In this document: piece by piece, positions 9,785-20,533 of the stretch
How the letters are laid out: each line of letters starts with the position of its first letter
How positions within the stretch are numbered: the first letter of the stretch is position 1
NCBI GenBank assembly: GCA_965219445.1
Contig: CBDCNQ010000004.1
Location: 64,001-128,000 of the forward strand
Length of the DNA: 64,000 nt
Source of the DNA: Longimicrobiales bacterium
GTDB taxonomy: Bacteria; Gemmatimonadota; Gemmatimonadetes; Longimicrobiales; Gaopeijiaceae
Reading direction: 5' to 3'
Notes under the pieces: model-generated
What the model was told of the DNA's origin: nothing
Seen by the model: the letters and a program-made list of their open reading frames with translations, nothing else
Databases searched by the model: none
Made by a program: the position numbers and the translations under genes

Positions 9785-10827
9785 GGAGCGCTTCCCGCTG
9801 TGAACTGCGAAAGGAAGCGGACGTCGTTTTGAAAGAAAATGCGGAGGTCGGGCACGCCGTACTTGAGCATGGCGATCCGAGCCGGGCCCATGCCGAAAGC
9901 GAAGCCCGTGTACCGCTCCGAGTCGTAGCCGACGTTATCCAGCACGTTCGGGTCCACCATGCCCGCGCCCATGATCTCGATCCAGTCGGACTCGACTCGG
10001 GTCCCGTCCTTCATGGTGATCATCCGCTTCACGTCGACTTCGGCGCTCGGTTCCGTGAACGGAAAGAACGAGGGCCGAAAGCGCACCTTCGTTCCCGGAC
10101 CCCAGAATCTGCGGGCGAACTCGGCCAGGGTGGCCTTGAAGTCGATGAAGGTGATCCCCTCGTCCACGACCAGCCCCTCGATCTGAGCGAACGCCGGCGT
10201 GTGAGTAGCGTCGTAGCTATCCCTCCGGTAGACCATGCCCGGCGCGAGGATGCGGATGGGCGGCTCGTGCTTTTCCATCGTACGCACCTGCACGGGCGAC
10301 GTGTGGCTCCGAAGCAGAAGCGAGTCCTTCAGATAGAGCGTGTCCTGCTCGTCCGCCGCGGGATGGTCGAGCGGGGTGTTCAATGCCAGGAAGTTGTACC
10401 ACTCGGTGTCCGCCTCCGGGCCACGGGCGCGCACGAATCCCATGGACTTGAAGATGCTCCAGATATCGTCGATGACCCGGTTGACCGGATGGACGCCCCC
10501 CTTCCAGCGGTGCCGCGCGGGAAGCGTCAGATCCTCGGCCCATGCGCCGGCCTGTCCTCCGGAGGGGGCCACCTCGGCTTCTCGAGCCCTCAGAGCCTCT
10601 TGAAGCACCTCCTTGATCCGATTCGCTTCGGCGCCTACGGGCGGTCGCTCATCCGCGGAAAGTTCGCCGAGACCTCTGAGGATGCCGGAGATTCGGCCTT
10701 CCTTGCGGCCGAGAAAGGAAATCCGCAGCGCCTCGAGCGTCTCACCCTCGGGAGCGGCCCGAATCGCGGACAGCGCCTCGGTCTCCAGCTCTTGGAGTGT
10801 TTGGATCAGGGAGTTCTGGTGGCTCAT
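9781..10827 (-). CDS. pheS: Phenylalanine--tRNA ligase alpha subunit
   Basis: LLRSHTSPVQ, RFRPSFFPFTEPS, GFAFGMGPARIAM. Start re-called to ATG 10827 (MSHQNSL); the ORF-track start overlaps rplT. Confidence 0.96.
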   Translation of the reverse strand: MSHQNSLIQTLQELETEALSAIRAAPEGETLEALRISFLGRKEGRISGILRGLGELSADERPPVGAEANRIKEVLQEALRAREAEVAPSGGQAGAWAEDLTLPARHRWKGGVHPVNRVIDDIWSIFKSMGFVRARGPEADTEWYNFLALNTPLDHPAADEQDTLYLKDSLLLRSHTSPVQVRTMEKHEPPIRILAPGMVYRRDSYDATHTPAFAQIEGLVVDEGITFIDFKATLAEFARRFWGPGTKVRFRPSFFPFTEPSAEVDVKRMITMKDGTRVESDWIEIMGAGMVDPNVLDNVGYDSERYTGFAFGMGPARIAMLKYGVPDLRIFFQNDVRFLSQFTAGSAP

Positions 10828-10849
10828 GGACCCCGGTAGACGCCGAGCG

Positions 10850-11212
10850 TTAGCCGACCCCGAGCCCCTCTTTAGCCCGGTCCGCCAACGCGCTGAAGGC
10901 CTCCGGACTATGGACCGCCAAGTCGGCCAAGGCCTTACGGTCCAGCTCCACGCCGGCCTGCTTGAGGCCATTCATGAATTTGGAGTAGGACAACTCGTTC
11001 TCTCTGGCCGCGGCGTTGATCCGCGTGATCCACAGGCGACGGAAGGTGCGCTTCTTTTTCTTCCGGTCCCGATAGGCGTGTTCCCAACCCTTCTCAACGG
11101 CGTCCTTCGCCGTCCGATAGAGATTCTTACGGCCGCCGAAATACCCCTTGGCCGCCTTGAGAATCTTCTTCTTCCGCTTGTTACGAGCGGGCGATGACGT
11201 TGTTCTCGGCAT
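10850..11212 (-). CDS. rplT: 50S ribosomal protein L20
   Basis: [39 protein letters not shown]. Confidence 0.98.
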   Translation of the reverse strand: MPRTTSSPARNKRKKKILKAAKGYFGGRKNLYRTAKDAVEKGWEHAYRDRKKKKRTFRRLWITRINAAARENELSYSKFMNGLKQAGVELDRKALADLAVHSPEAFSALADRAKEGLGVG

Positions 11213-11230
11213 CGAGGTATCTCCTTTCGC

Positions 11231-11428
11231 CTACGACCCTGGGAGGAGTCGCTTCATGCGCCCCATGTCCGCCGGACTCACCAGCGTCGCCGAGCGCAAA
11301 CGGCGCTTTCGCTTCGTGGATTTCTTGGTGAGGATGTGGCTCTTGTACGCCCGCATCCTCTTGATTTTCCCCTTACCGGTCCTGCGCAGACGCTTCGCCG
11401 CGCCCCGGTTGGTTTTCATCTTCGGCAT
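11231..11428 (-). CDS. rpmI: 50S ribosomal protein L35
   Basis: [29 protein letters not shown]. Confidence 0.98.
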   Translation of the reverse strand: MPKMKTNRGAAKRLRRTGKGKIKRMRAYKSHILTKKSTKRKRRLRSATLVSPADMGRMKRLLPGS

Positions 11429-11467
11429 ATCTAGTACTCCTGGGCCCCGTAGGGCCCTTGGCTACGT

Positions 11468-11980
11468 CTACTTTATCGGCGCGAGAACCATCGACATCAC
11501 CCGGCCTTCGAAGCTCGGGCGGGATTCGACTATGCCCACTTCCTTGAGATCCTCCGTGACCCGGAGGAGCACGTCCCGTCCCAACTCGGGGTGCGTCACC
11601 TGCCTTCCCCGAAACATCATGGTCAACTTGACCTTGTTTCCCTCTTCCAGGAATTTACGGGCGTGGCGGGTCTTGAAGTCGTAATCGTGCTCCTCGATCC
11701 CGGGGCGAAACTTCACCTCTTTGACCTGAACGTGGTGTTGCTTCTTCTTCGCCTCCCGAGCTGCCCGCTGCGCCTCGTACTTGAACTTCCCGTAGTCCAT
11801 GAGCTTGACGACGGGCGGACGAGCTTCAGGGGCCACCTCTACGAGATCCAGCCCCCGGTCGTCGGCTAGGTCGCGGGCCTCTTCGATCGAGACGATACCG
11901 ACCTGCCCACCCTCGTCGTCGATCAGACGAACCGGGCTGATCCGTATCTGCTCATTTATGCGAATCCTTTCCGTGCTAAT
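11468..11980 (-). CDS. infC: Translation initiation factor IF-3 (non-canonical ATT start)
   Basis: The ORF-track call 11468-11836 is truncated. The frame stays open to ATT at 11980, just after AAAAGGAGAGG, giving (M)STERIRINEQIRISPVRLIDDEGGQVG..GLDLVEVAP..MDYGKFKYE. Confidence 0.94.
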   Translation of the reverse strand: MSTERIRINEQIRISPVRLIDDEGGQVGIVSIEEARDLADDRGLDLVEVAPEARPPVVKLMDYGKFKYEAQRAAREAKKKQHHVQVKEVKFRPGIEEHDYDFKTRHARKFLEEGNKVKLTMMFRGRQVTHPELGRDVLLRVTEDLKEVGIVESRPSFEGRVMSMVLAPIK

Positions 11981-12040
11981 ATTCCTCTCCTTTTACGAGT
12001 TGCACCAAACGCTACCTCCTGACTTCTGGCATCTATTCAC

Positions 12041-12195
12041 AAAAAAACCCGGATCTCTCCGGGTCACGAGGGCATGGAAGCCGCAGTCGATGCCTACAGG
12101 CCTCCGTGTCCTGGACCCGGCGGTTTCCAACGTCGGCGTGGAACCGAAAGGTGGAGCCGTGTTTGTGTCGGCTCGCTTCCGTCTTGTCTGGCCCC
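12041..12195 (-). promoter_or_regulatory. Putative L20-leader-like cis-regulatory RNA with intrinsic terminator upstream of infC-rpmI-rplT
   Basis: Minus strand reads GAAGC, hairpin GAGCCG/CGGCTC, CACCT, hairpin, CCGGGTC, then terminator ACCCGGA-gaga-TCCGGGT followed by a T run (12041-12064). CCGGGTC (12114-12120) can pair with the terminator 5' arm. Confidence 0.6.
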
Positions 12196-12212
12196 ATACT
12201 CCGGGGTCTAGG

Positions 12213-12241
12213 AAAATCGGCGGGATGCGAGCTTCCGTCAA
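12213..12241 (-). promoter_or_regulatory. Putative sigma70 promoter for the infC operon
   Basis: TTGACG-17 nt-GATTTT on the minus strand just upstream of the leader. Confidence 0.4.
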
Positions 12242-12379
12242 GATATTGACTGCGTCCAGTTGAGGACTCTTCGGTCCGTAGGCGCGTGGGGGCTCCTTCC
12301 TACGGCGCGGACCGTTGAGGCATCGAGCCAACGATCACCACGCCTTCCGCGAAGACGCGAAGTAGGGGGATCTGAGCCT

Positions 12380-15028
12380 TCAATTGGGCACCAGGCGTTT
12401 CAGCTCCTCGAAGAAGTTGAGGACCAGGACGTATCGGCTCTCCCCTTCTACTCCCAGAGGAGGGCCACCAATGGCCAGGATGCGCTGGTCGTTGGGTGCG
12501 AGGTCCCATTCAGGGTGCGCTAACGCTCCGTTATACCCCCGCCAATCGAAGAGTTCTTCCCGTGACTCCACTGTGAATGCGGGGTCCGTTCGGAACGAGG
12601 CCACGGTCAAGGACCGGGGATTCGCTGCCAGGTAGAAGATCTCCTGCCCACCGTGTGCCCACACGGGATTGCGTCCACCGTCCGTGGAGATCTGTTGTCG
12701 CCCGCCGGGGCCGGGGAAGGGCCGGACGTAGATCTCGGGTTGGCCGGATTCGTCGGACACATACGCCAGCCAGCGTCCGTCCGGTGACAGCGATGGATTC
12801 AGCTCTGTGGCTGGAGTCTCCAAGATCACGGTAGCCGCGCTATCCAAGTCGGGAGCCGCTTGCCATAGGTCCAGGTTATCGTTCGCGAGGAAACTACCCC
12901 GACGGTACACGAGCCGTCTCCCGTCGGGGGTCCAGCTGCCCTCGGTTGAGGCAACGTCCGGATCAGCGAATAGGAGTCGCGTTTCACCGCTCAAATCCGC
13001 CGGGCGAGCGTAGAGCACAGAGAAGCCATAATCACGATCGGAGGAGAAACCGACTTCCCTGCCGTCCGGACTCCAGAAGGGGTAGCGATTGAAGGCTCCT
13101 TCAAACGTGCGCCGGGAGAACGTCTGCTGATCGAGATCGTAGACCCAAATGTCCTGGTTGCCGTCTCCGGGACTGTTGTACTCGAGCGCGATCTTCCTCC
13201 CGTCGGGAGAAACGGCCGGGGCTCCGAACGTCCCCGACAGCGCGGGGTCCAGAGCCTCCTCCGGCCCATCTCGGCTCAGCCATACCGGGGCACGCGACCC
13301 TGCCGTGGACCCACCCTCGGCATATAGCAGCGTTCCGTCAGCTGCGAGATGCATGTCCGCCGTCGGCCCCGTCGTACGCACGCCTTCGAAGAGCGGAATC
13401 GCGCTGCCGCTCAACTCGAGCGCATCGAGGTCGAAGGGCAAGGCAAAGAGCGCCCCGTCCTCACGGACATAGACCACGTGGCCCGTCGGCGTGTACCAAG
13501 CCCTTACGACCTCCTCCAGGATCACCTCGGAGGACAGGTCCCGCAGATCCACGACGTGAAGCGCATTGTCGGTCGTGACCACGAGCGCACCCCGAGCGTC
13601 GGGAAGGCCGTGTACCCAAAAAACCCTGAGATTCGGCTCGAAGACCACGAGGGGCTCCCCTCCGTCTTCGGGAATCTGCACGATCGTGATCGGGTTCACT
13701 GGCTCGTAGAGGATCGTCCCATCGTCGAGCCAAGTCAGGCCGACGCGGAGGGGGGCCGATTCCACATCCTCCGCCAGTCTCACCGGAGAGCCCCCCACCA
13801 GGGGCCGCTTGAAGACCTCCGAGCCTACGGCATAAGCGATCCACTGGCCGTCAGGAGAGTAGACGGGATTCCGCCCGCCTTCGGTTCCCGGGATCGGCGT
13901 GATCTCGGTCGAGTTCCGCATCTTGAGAGCCAATTGATCATCGACCGGAAGAATCATGCTCGATCCGTCGGGGGCGAGCGCCGCATACTCCCCGAACCTT
14001 GGTCCATCCAGGCCGGCCCAGCCTTCTGCGCTCAAGACCTGGCGCGAGACCGGCTCGGGTGGCTCGGGCCGGAGGAGCGACCAGCCGAAGCCGAGCCCGA
14101 ACAAACCAGCGAGAACGGCGAAGCCGACCGTAAGCCGCTTCCACGGCCCCACGGCCGCCGTGACTTCTGCCACGGCCACTTCCCCGTGCCGGAATCCCGG
14201 ATCCTCCAGCGCCCTCGCGAACTCCTGGACCGAGCCGAACCGGTCCGCCGGTAGCTTCTCGATCGCACGACGGATGGCTGCGTCCACGTTCGACGGGACC
14301 TGGGAACGATGCTCCCGCGCCGATACCGGCTTGCCCGCGATGATCTTGCCGAGCACAGCCTGGGTGGTCGTGCCGGGATAGGGCGGCTCACCCACGAGCA
14401 TCTCGTAGAGCACCGAGCCGAGTGCGTACGTGTCGGTCGATGATCCTACCGGCTGATCTCCGGTCGCCTGCTCGGGGCTCATGTAGTAGGGCGTGCCCAA
14501 GCTGAGGCCGGTCTCCGTGAGTCGGTCGCCTCCGCCGGCACCCACAGCCAGGGCGATTCCGAAGTCCGAGACCATGGGCTCCCCGTCGTGGATCAGGATA
14601 TTGGCGGGCTTGATGTCGCGATGGATGACCTTGTGGCGATGGGCGTAGTCGAGCGCGTTGGCCACGGCTGTAGCAATACCAACAGCCTCGTCCACGGGAA
14701 GCTGCTTCTCGCGTTTGATCCTATCCTGAAGGGTCTCGCCTTCCAGGTAGGGCATGACGTAGAAAAGGAAGCCGTCCGCCTCGCCGGAATCGTGGAGCGG
14801 CAGGATGTGCGGATGCGTGAGGTTGGCCGTGGTTTCGATCTCGGCCAAGAAACGCTCGGCACCGACCACGGCAGCGAGTTCCGGCTTCAGAACTTTGAGC
14901 GCCACCTTGCGGTTGTGCTTGAGGTCGTCGGCCAGGTAGACCGTGGCCATGCCGCCCTCACCGAGTTCACGCTCGATGGCGTAGCGGCCTTCGAGAGCCG
15001 CGTTGAGGCGGGAGACGGCATCGGACAT
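12380..15028 (-). CDS. Membrane Ser/Thr protein kinase (Hanks-type) with C-terminal TolB-like beta-propeller repeats
   Basis: LGEGGMATVY, VALKV, HRDIKPANIL, DFGIA, GTPYYMSPEQ; one TM; repeated SPDG/WSPDG motifs. Start re-called to ATG 15028 (MSDAVSRL). Confidence 0.93.
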   Translation of the reverse strand: MSDAVSRLNAALEGRYAIERELGEGGMATVYLADDLKHNRKVALKVLKPELAAVVGAERFLAEIETTANLTHPHILPLHDSGEADGFLFYVMPYLEGETLQDRIKREKQLPVDEAVGIATAVANALDYAHRHKVIHRDIKPANILIHDGEPMVSDFGIALAVGAGGGDRLTETGLSLGTPYYMSPEQATGDQPVGSSTDTYALGSVLYEMLVGEPPYPGTTTQAVLGKIIAGKPVSAREHRSQVPSNVDAAIRRAIEKLPADRFGSVQEFARALEDPGFRHGEVAVAEVTAAVGPWKRLTVGFAVLAGLFGLGFGWSLLRPEPPEPVSRQVLSAEGWAGLDGPRFGEYAALAPDGSSMILPVDDQLALKMRNSTEITPIPGTEGGRNPVYSPDGQWIAYAVGSEVFKRPLVGGSPVRLAEDVESAPLRVGLTWLDDGTILYEPVNPITIVQIPEDGGEPLVVFEPNLRVFWVHGLPDARGALVVTTDNALHVVDLRDLSSEVILEEVVRAWYTPTGHVVYVREDGALFALPFDLDALELSGSAIPLFEGVRTTGPTADMHLAADGTLLYAEGGSTAGSRAPVWLSRDGPEEALDPALSGTFGAPAVSPDGRKIALEYNSPGDGNQDIWVYDLDQQTFSRRTFEGAFNRYPFWSPDGREVGFSSDRDYGFSVLYARPADLSGETRLLFADPDVASTEGSWTPDGRRLVYRRGSFLANDNLDLWQAAPDLDSAATVILETPATELNPSLSPDGRWLAYVSDESGQPEIYVRPFPGPGGRQQISTDGGRNPVWAHGGQEIFYLAANPRSLTVASFRTDPAFTVESREELFDWRGYNGALAHPEWDLAPNDQRILAIGGPPLGVEGESRYVLVLNFFEELKRLVPN

Positions 15029-15150
15029 GGCGGTCAATATGCGTCCAATCTGTGCAAAGCTGCAAGGATCTGGAAGACTGGAAGCCTTTCTGGAATCTCT
15101 AGGGGAGGGTAGTTTCGCCACCCTGTCTCCAACCACCGGAGGTGAATTCT

Positions 15151-15663
15151 ATGACTCGAATCATTGAGGCCCTTCTCAGCGACTATGAGCGAGGAGCGAT
15201 CAACCGAAGAGAGTTGGTGAAGGCTCTTGCCTTGGGAGTTCTTCCGGCTGGGCTGGCGAGCCGCCCGGGAGTGTCTCGACGGCGGCCTGAGAGCCCCCAG
15301 CAGGCGGGAGTGCTGCGGGGAATCAACATAAATCACGTCAACCTGCAGAACTCCGACCTCGACAGGTCGGTCGACTTCTACCGAGAGCTCTTCAGCCTGC
15401 CCCCGAAGAGGGAGGTGCCCGGGCGCCCCTACGCGCTGGATCTCGCGGACGGGTTATCCTTTCTGAGTGTCCCTCAACGCGAGCCGAGCGGGGACATCGA
15501 TCACTTCTGCGTGGGGGTGGAGGACTTCGAGCCCGATCGCGTAGCGGCCGCAATACGCGAGGCCGGGCTGGACAACGATCTCCGTGTCGGCAGTGACAAC
15601 GTGTCCGTGCGCGACCCGGAGGGGATAAGGGTCCAGATCTCGTGGCCGGATTGGGATGGATAG
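15151..15663 (+). CDS. VOC/glyoxalase-family protein with twin-arginine-like N-terminus
   Basis: INHVNL..DLDRSVDFY..IDHFCVGV..RDPEGIRVQ; NRRELV motif; GGAGGT RBS before ATG 15151. Confidence 0.82.
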   Translation: MTRIIEALLSDYERGAINRRELVKALALGVLPAGLASRPGVSRRRPESPQQAGVLRGININHVNLQNSDLDRSVDFYRELFSLPPKREVPGRPYALDLADGLSFLSVPQREPSGDIDHFCVGVEDFEPDRVAAAIREAGLDNDLRVGSDNVSVRDPEGIRVQISWPDWDG

Positions 15664-15705
15664 CAGGACGAATGGTGGCCTAGCAAGCGAAAGGACGTTC
15701 GGAGT

Positions 15706-17631
15706 TCAGTCCAGCGCGCGGATCTCGATCTCGCCCTTCACCTGCTCGACAAACTCGGCGCGGTCGACTACCTCCTGCTTCTTCCCGGCGCCGCGCCTGC
15801 GGACGGCCACCGTGCCGGCCTCCGCCTCGCGCTCCCCGATGACCGCCATGTAGGGGACCTTGTGCATCTCGGCGTCGCGGATGCGGTAGGAGAGCGTTTC
15901 CCGGTCGGCCAGAACGGCACGGACGCCGGCGGCTTTGAGCTGGTCCACGAAGTCCGAGGCCGAATCCTGGAAGTGCTCCGAGATGGGAAGCACTCGGACC
16001 TGCTCCGGGGCGAGCCAGATGGGGAACGCCCCCGCATAGTGCTCGACGAGCCCACCCACGAACCGCTCCATCGAGCCCACCAGCACGCGGTGGAGCATGA
16101 CGGGGCGATGGCGCTCGTTGTCCTCGCCCACGTACTCCAGCTCGAAGCGATCCGGCAGGTTGAAGTCGAGCTGAACCGTCGGGCCCTGCCACTCCCGTCC
16201 GATCGCGTCGATGAGCTTGAAGTCCAGTTTGGGCCCGTAGAACGCGCCCCCGCCCTCGTCGTACTCGAACTCTGTGCCCCGTGACTGCAGCGTATCGGCG
16301 AGCGTTTGGACGGCCGAGTCCCACTGCTCGTCGGTGCCCAGCGCCTTCTCCTCCGGCTTGGTCGCCAACGCAATCGAGTAGGGATAGCCGAAGGTGCTCA
16401 GAATCTCGTCGACCAGATCCAGCAGGCGCTCGATCTCATCGGGGACCTGATCGGGGGTGCAGAAGACGTGGGCGTCGTCCTGGGTGAAGCCGCGCACGCG
16501 GAGCATTCCGTGGAGCACGCCGCTCCGCTCGTATCGGTAACAGGTGCCGAACTCCGCCATCCGGATCGGCAGGTCGCGGTAGGAGCGCTGCTGAGACTCG
16601 TAGATGGCGATGTGCCCGGGACAGTTCATAGGCTTCGGGCGGTACGCGCCACCCTCCATTTCGAAAGCGCCGAACATCCCCTCCTTGAAGTTCTCGAGGT
16701 GCCCGGAGATCTCGAAAATGCGCTCGCTCATGACGTGTGGCGTATACACCAGATCGTAACCGTGCCGGAGGATCAGTTCCTGCTCGAATTGCTCGATCTC
16801 GCTCCGAATGATCGCGCCCTTGGGGTGCCAGAGGATCAGGCCCGGGCCGACGCGGGCGTCGGTCGAGAAGAGGTCGAGCTCACGCCCCAAGACACGGTGG
16901 TCCCGCTTCTTGGCCTCCTCTAGACGCTCCAGGTGCTCGGTGAGATGCGCCTTCTTGAAGAAGGCAGTCCCGTAGATGCGTTGCAGCATCTGGCGCTTCT
17001 CGTCGCCTCGCCAATACGCTCCCGCCCCCGAAAGGAGCTTGAAGTGCTTGAGGCTGCCCGTCGACGGGACGTGCGGGCCCCGGCACAGGTCGAGGAACGG
17101 TCCGTCCTGATAGACCGTGATGATCTCGTCCTCCGAAAATTCTTCCAGGCGCTCCAGTTTCAGGGGATCGTCGGCGAAGAGCTCACGGGCCTCTTCCACG
17201 CTCACGACGCGCCGCTCGAACCCGTAATCCGCCTTCACGACCTCCGCCATCTTGGCCTCGAAAGTTTCGAGGTCAGCAGGCGTAAACGGTTCTAGTACAT
17301 CGAAATCGTAATAGAACCCATCGTCGATTGCGGGTCCGAATCCGATGCCGGCACCCGGTCGGAGCTCCCGCACGGCCGTCGCGAGGACATGCGCGGCGGA
17401 GTGCCGCAGAACGGCCAGAGCGTCGTCATCACGCTCGGTCAGAATGCGGACGGTGGCATCCCCGGAGAGAAGAGTGCCCAGGTCGACCGTCTCGCCGTTG
17501 ATCTGCCCTGCGACCGCAGCCTTGGCCAGGCCGGGACCGATCGCAGCAGCGACATCGCCGATTGAAGATTCGGGCGGGACTTCGAGGACCGTCCCGTCCG
17601 GGAGGGTCACGTTGATCATGGGGGCGGACAT
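15706..17631 (-). CDS. thrS: Threonine--tRNA ligase
   Basis: TGS domain, RHSAAH, DLCRGPH, RDHRVLG, KPMNCPGH, RVRGFTQDDAH, AFYGPKLD. Confidence 0.98.
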   Translation of the reverse strand: MSAPMINVTLPDGTVLEVPPESSIGDVAAAIGPGLAKAAVAGQINGETVDLGTLLSGDATVRILTERDDDALAVLRHSAAHVLATAVRELRPGAGIGFGPAIDDGFYYDFDVLEPFTPADLETFEAKMAEVVKADYGFERRVVSVEEARELFADDPLKLERLEEFSEDEIITVYQDGPFLDLCRGPHVPSTGSLKHFKLLSGAGAYWRGDEKRQMLQRIYGTAFFKKAHLTEHLERLEEAKKRDHRVLGRELDLFSTDARVGPGLILWHPKGAIIRSEIEQFEQELILRHGYDLVYTPHVMSERIFEISGHLENFKEGMFGAFEMEGGAYRPKPMNCPGHIAIYESQQRSYRDLPIRMAEFGTCYRYERSGVLHGMLRVRGFTQDDAHVFCTPDQVPDEIERLLDLVDEILSTFGYPYSIALATKPEEKALGTDEQWDSAVQTLADTLQSRGTEFEYDEGGGAFYGPKLDFKLIDAIGREWQGPTVQLDFNLPDRFELEYVGEDNERHRPVMLHRVLVGSMERFVGGLVEHYAGAFPIWLAPEQVRVLPISEHFQDSASDFVDQLKAAGVRAVLADRETLSYRIRDAEMHKVPYMAVIGEREAEAGTVAVRRRGAGKKQEVVDRAEFVEQVKGEIEIRALD

Positions 17632-17935
17632 CGCAGACCTTCCTCGGCGTCCGGAAGGAAGAGCGCCGGTCCCCTCCCCTACGGTAGGACGAGATCGGCT
17701 CGAACGGGGGGAAGCTACCGGTTCAGTCGCGGGGGATAAAGGGCATGAAGCTCATCGAGCCGTAGGTAGTCGCCGCGCTGGGTCAGCGAAACGCAGCAGC
17801 TGCGGCGAGTTCCGCGGAAACTGTGGTCGAGACCCATGGATCGAGCGCCTCATGAGCCGCTGCCTCGATCGCCCATGGGATGTCGCGATCCCGCTTCCAC
17901 TTGGGCGCTCCACTCCAGCCCGATGGGATCCATCT

Positions 17936-18098
17936 TCAGGGCAGAAGCCGTTTGACCGCGCGCCGTGTGTAGAAGAGCCCGACGCCGGTTCCCACTGCGC
18001 TCACAATGAACGCGGTGAAGAAGGAAACCTGCGCGCCGGAGCGCCCAGCCGATCCATCCACCTACCGACATCCCGAAAAGATTGAGGAACCCCTTCAT
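17936..18098 (-). pseudogene. Small hydrophobic protein gene with a +1 frameshift (or sequencing error)
   Basis: Removing one base at 18038-18039 gives MKGFLNLFGMSVGGWIGWALGAQVSFFTAFIVSAVGTGVGLFYTRRAVKRLLP*, a clean 53-aa two-helix membrane protein. Confidence 0.6.
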
Positions 18099-18266
18099 GA
18101 AGTCCGGCTCCGAGGTGTCTCGCGGTCGTTACTATTGCTCATTGGCTTCGGCGTCAGTGACGATCGACTGACCCCTTCGACTCCCCTACACCCCCACGCC
18201 CACGCGCCCTCACGCTCACGCGTTCACCAGCTTATACGCCCACCAGCTCACACGCCCACTAGCCCA

Positions 18267-18359
18267 CGCCCCGAGGCCCCTGCCCCCTCACGTTGACGGG
18301 CCGCGGCGAAGCCGTGGAGCGAAGCGTCGGCGGAGTGAGGGCGCAGGGGCCTCGGGGCG
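18267..18359. repeat. 93-nt long hairpin (REP-like or terminator-like) downstream of groEL
   Basis: 25-bp arms 18267-18291 and 18335-18359 match at 24/25; nested stems gttgacg/cgtcggc and ccgcggc-gaa-gccgtgg. Confidence 0.8.
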
Positions 18360-18402
18360 CCAGGAAGGTCCATCGCGCCTCAAAAAAGGGCTGTCCGGCT
18401 TC

Positions 18403-20037
<1,635 letters not shown>

Positions 20038-20096
20038 CTATTTACTCCTGTGTATGATGCTTGAGAATTCTGTTGTCTTCATTCGAACGCGGCGGA

Positions 20097-20402
20097 TTAG
20101 CCGAGAACGGCCAGGATGTCCGACTCGCGCAGGATGAGGTAGTCCTCGCCCTCTACAGTGACTTCCGTTCCACTGTACTTGCCGTAGAGAACCGTCTGGC
20201 CGACCTCGACGTCGGGCTCGATTCTCACGCCCTCCTCGGAGAGCTTGCCCGCCCCCACGGCGACGATCGTGCCGGACTGGGGCTTTTCCTTGGCCGTGTC
20301 CGGGATGTACAGGCCTCCACGCATTTGCTCCTCTTCTTCGAGGGGCGACACCACCACGCGATCCGCCAACGGCTTGACGTTGACCGCAGTCTTATTAGCC
20401 AT
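20097..20402 (-). CDS. groS: Co-chaperonin GroES
   Basis: [36 protein letters not shown]. Confidence 0.98.
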   Translation of the reverse strand: MANKTAVNVKPLADRVVVSPLEEEEQMRGGLYIPDTAKEKPQSGTIVAVGAGKLSEEGVRIEPDVEVGQTVLYGKYSGTEVTVEGEDYLILRESDILAVLG

Positions 20403-20451
20403 CCGTAACGCCTCCTACTAATTAGTTGATATTATTGGCTTTAGGAGATTA

Positions 20452-20478
20452 CCAGCACTCTACCTCCATGAGTGCTAG
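20452..20478 (-). promoter_or_regulatory. CIRCE operator (HrcA binding site)
   Basis: Minus strand CTAGCACTC-N9-GAGTGCTGG versus consensus TTAGCACTC-N9-GAGTGCTAA, between the promoter and groES. Confidence 0.9.
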
Positions 20479-20484
20479 CGCCCT

Positions 20485-20512
20485 AAAGTAGTCATCTGCC
20501 CACGCATGTCAA
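20485..20512 (-). promoter_or_regulatory. Sigma70 promoter of groESL
   Basis: TTGACA-16 nt-TACTTT immediately upstream of the CIRCE site. Confidence 0.7.
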
Positions 20513-20533
20513 CGGGAGTGTGACCGCGGATTT

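Noticed and set aside
17632..17935. T-box or other leader upstream of thrS
   Set aside because: No GGTGGNACC T-box motif or U-tailed terminator; only an imperfect hairpin at 17833-17879 of unclear role
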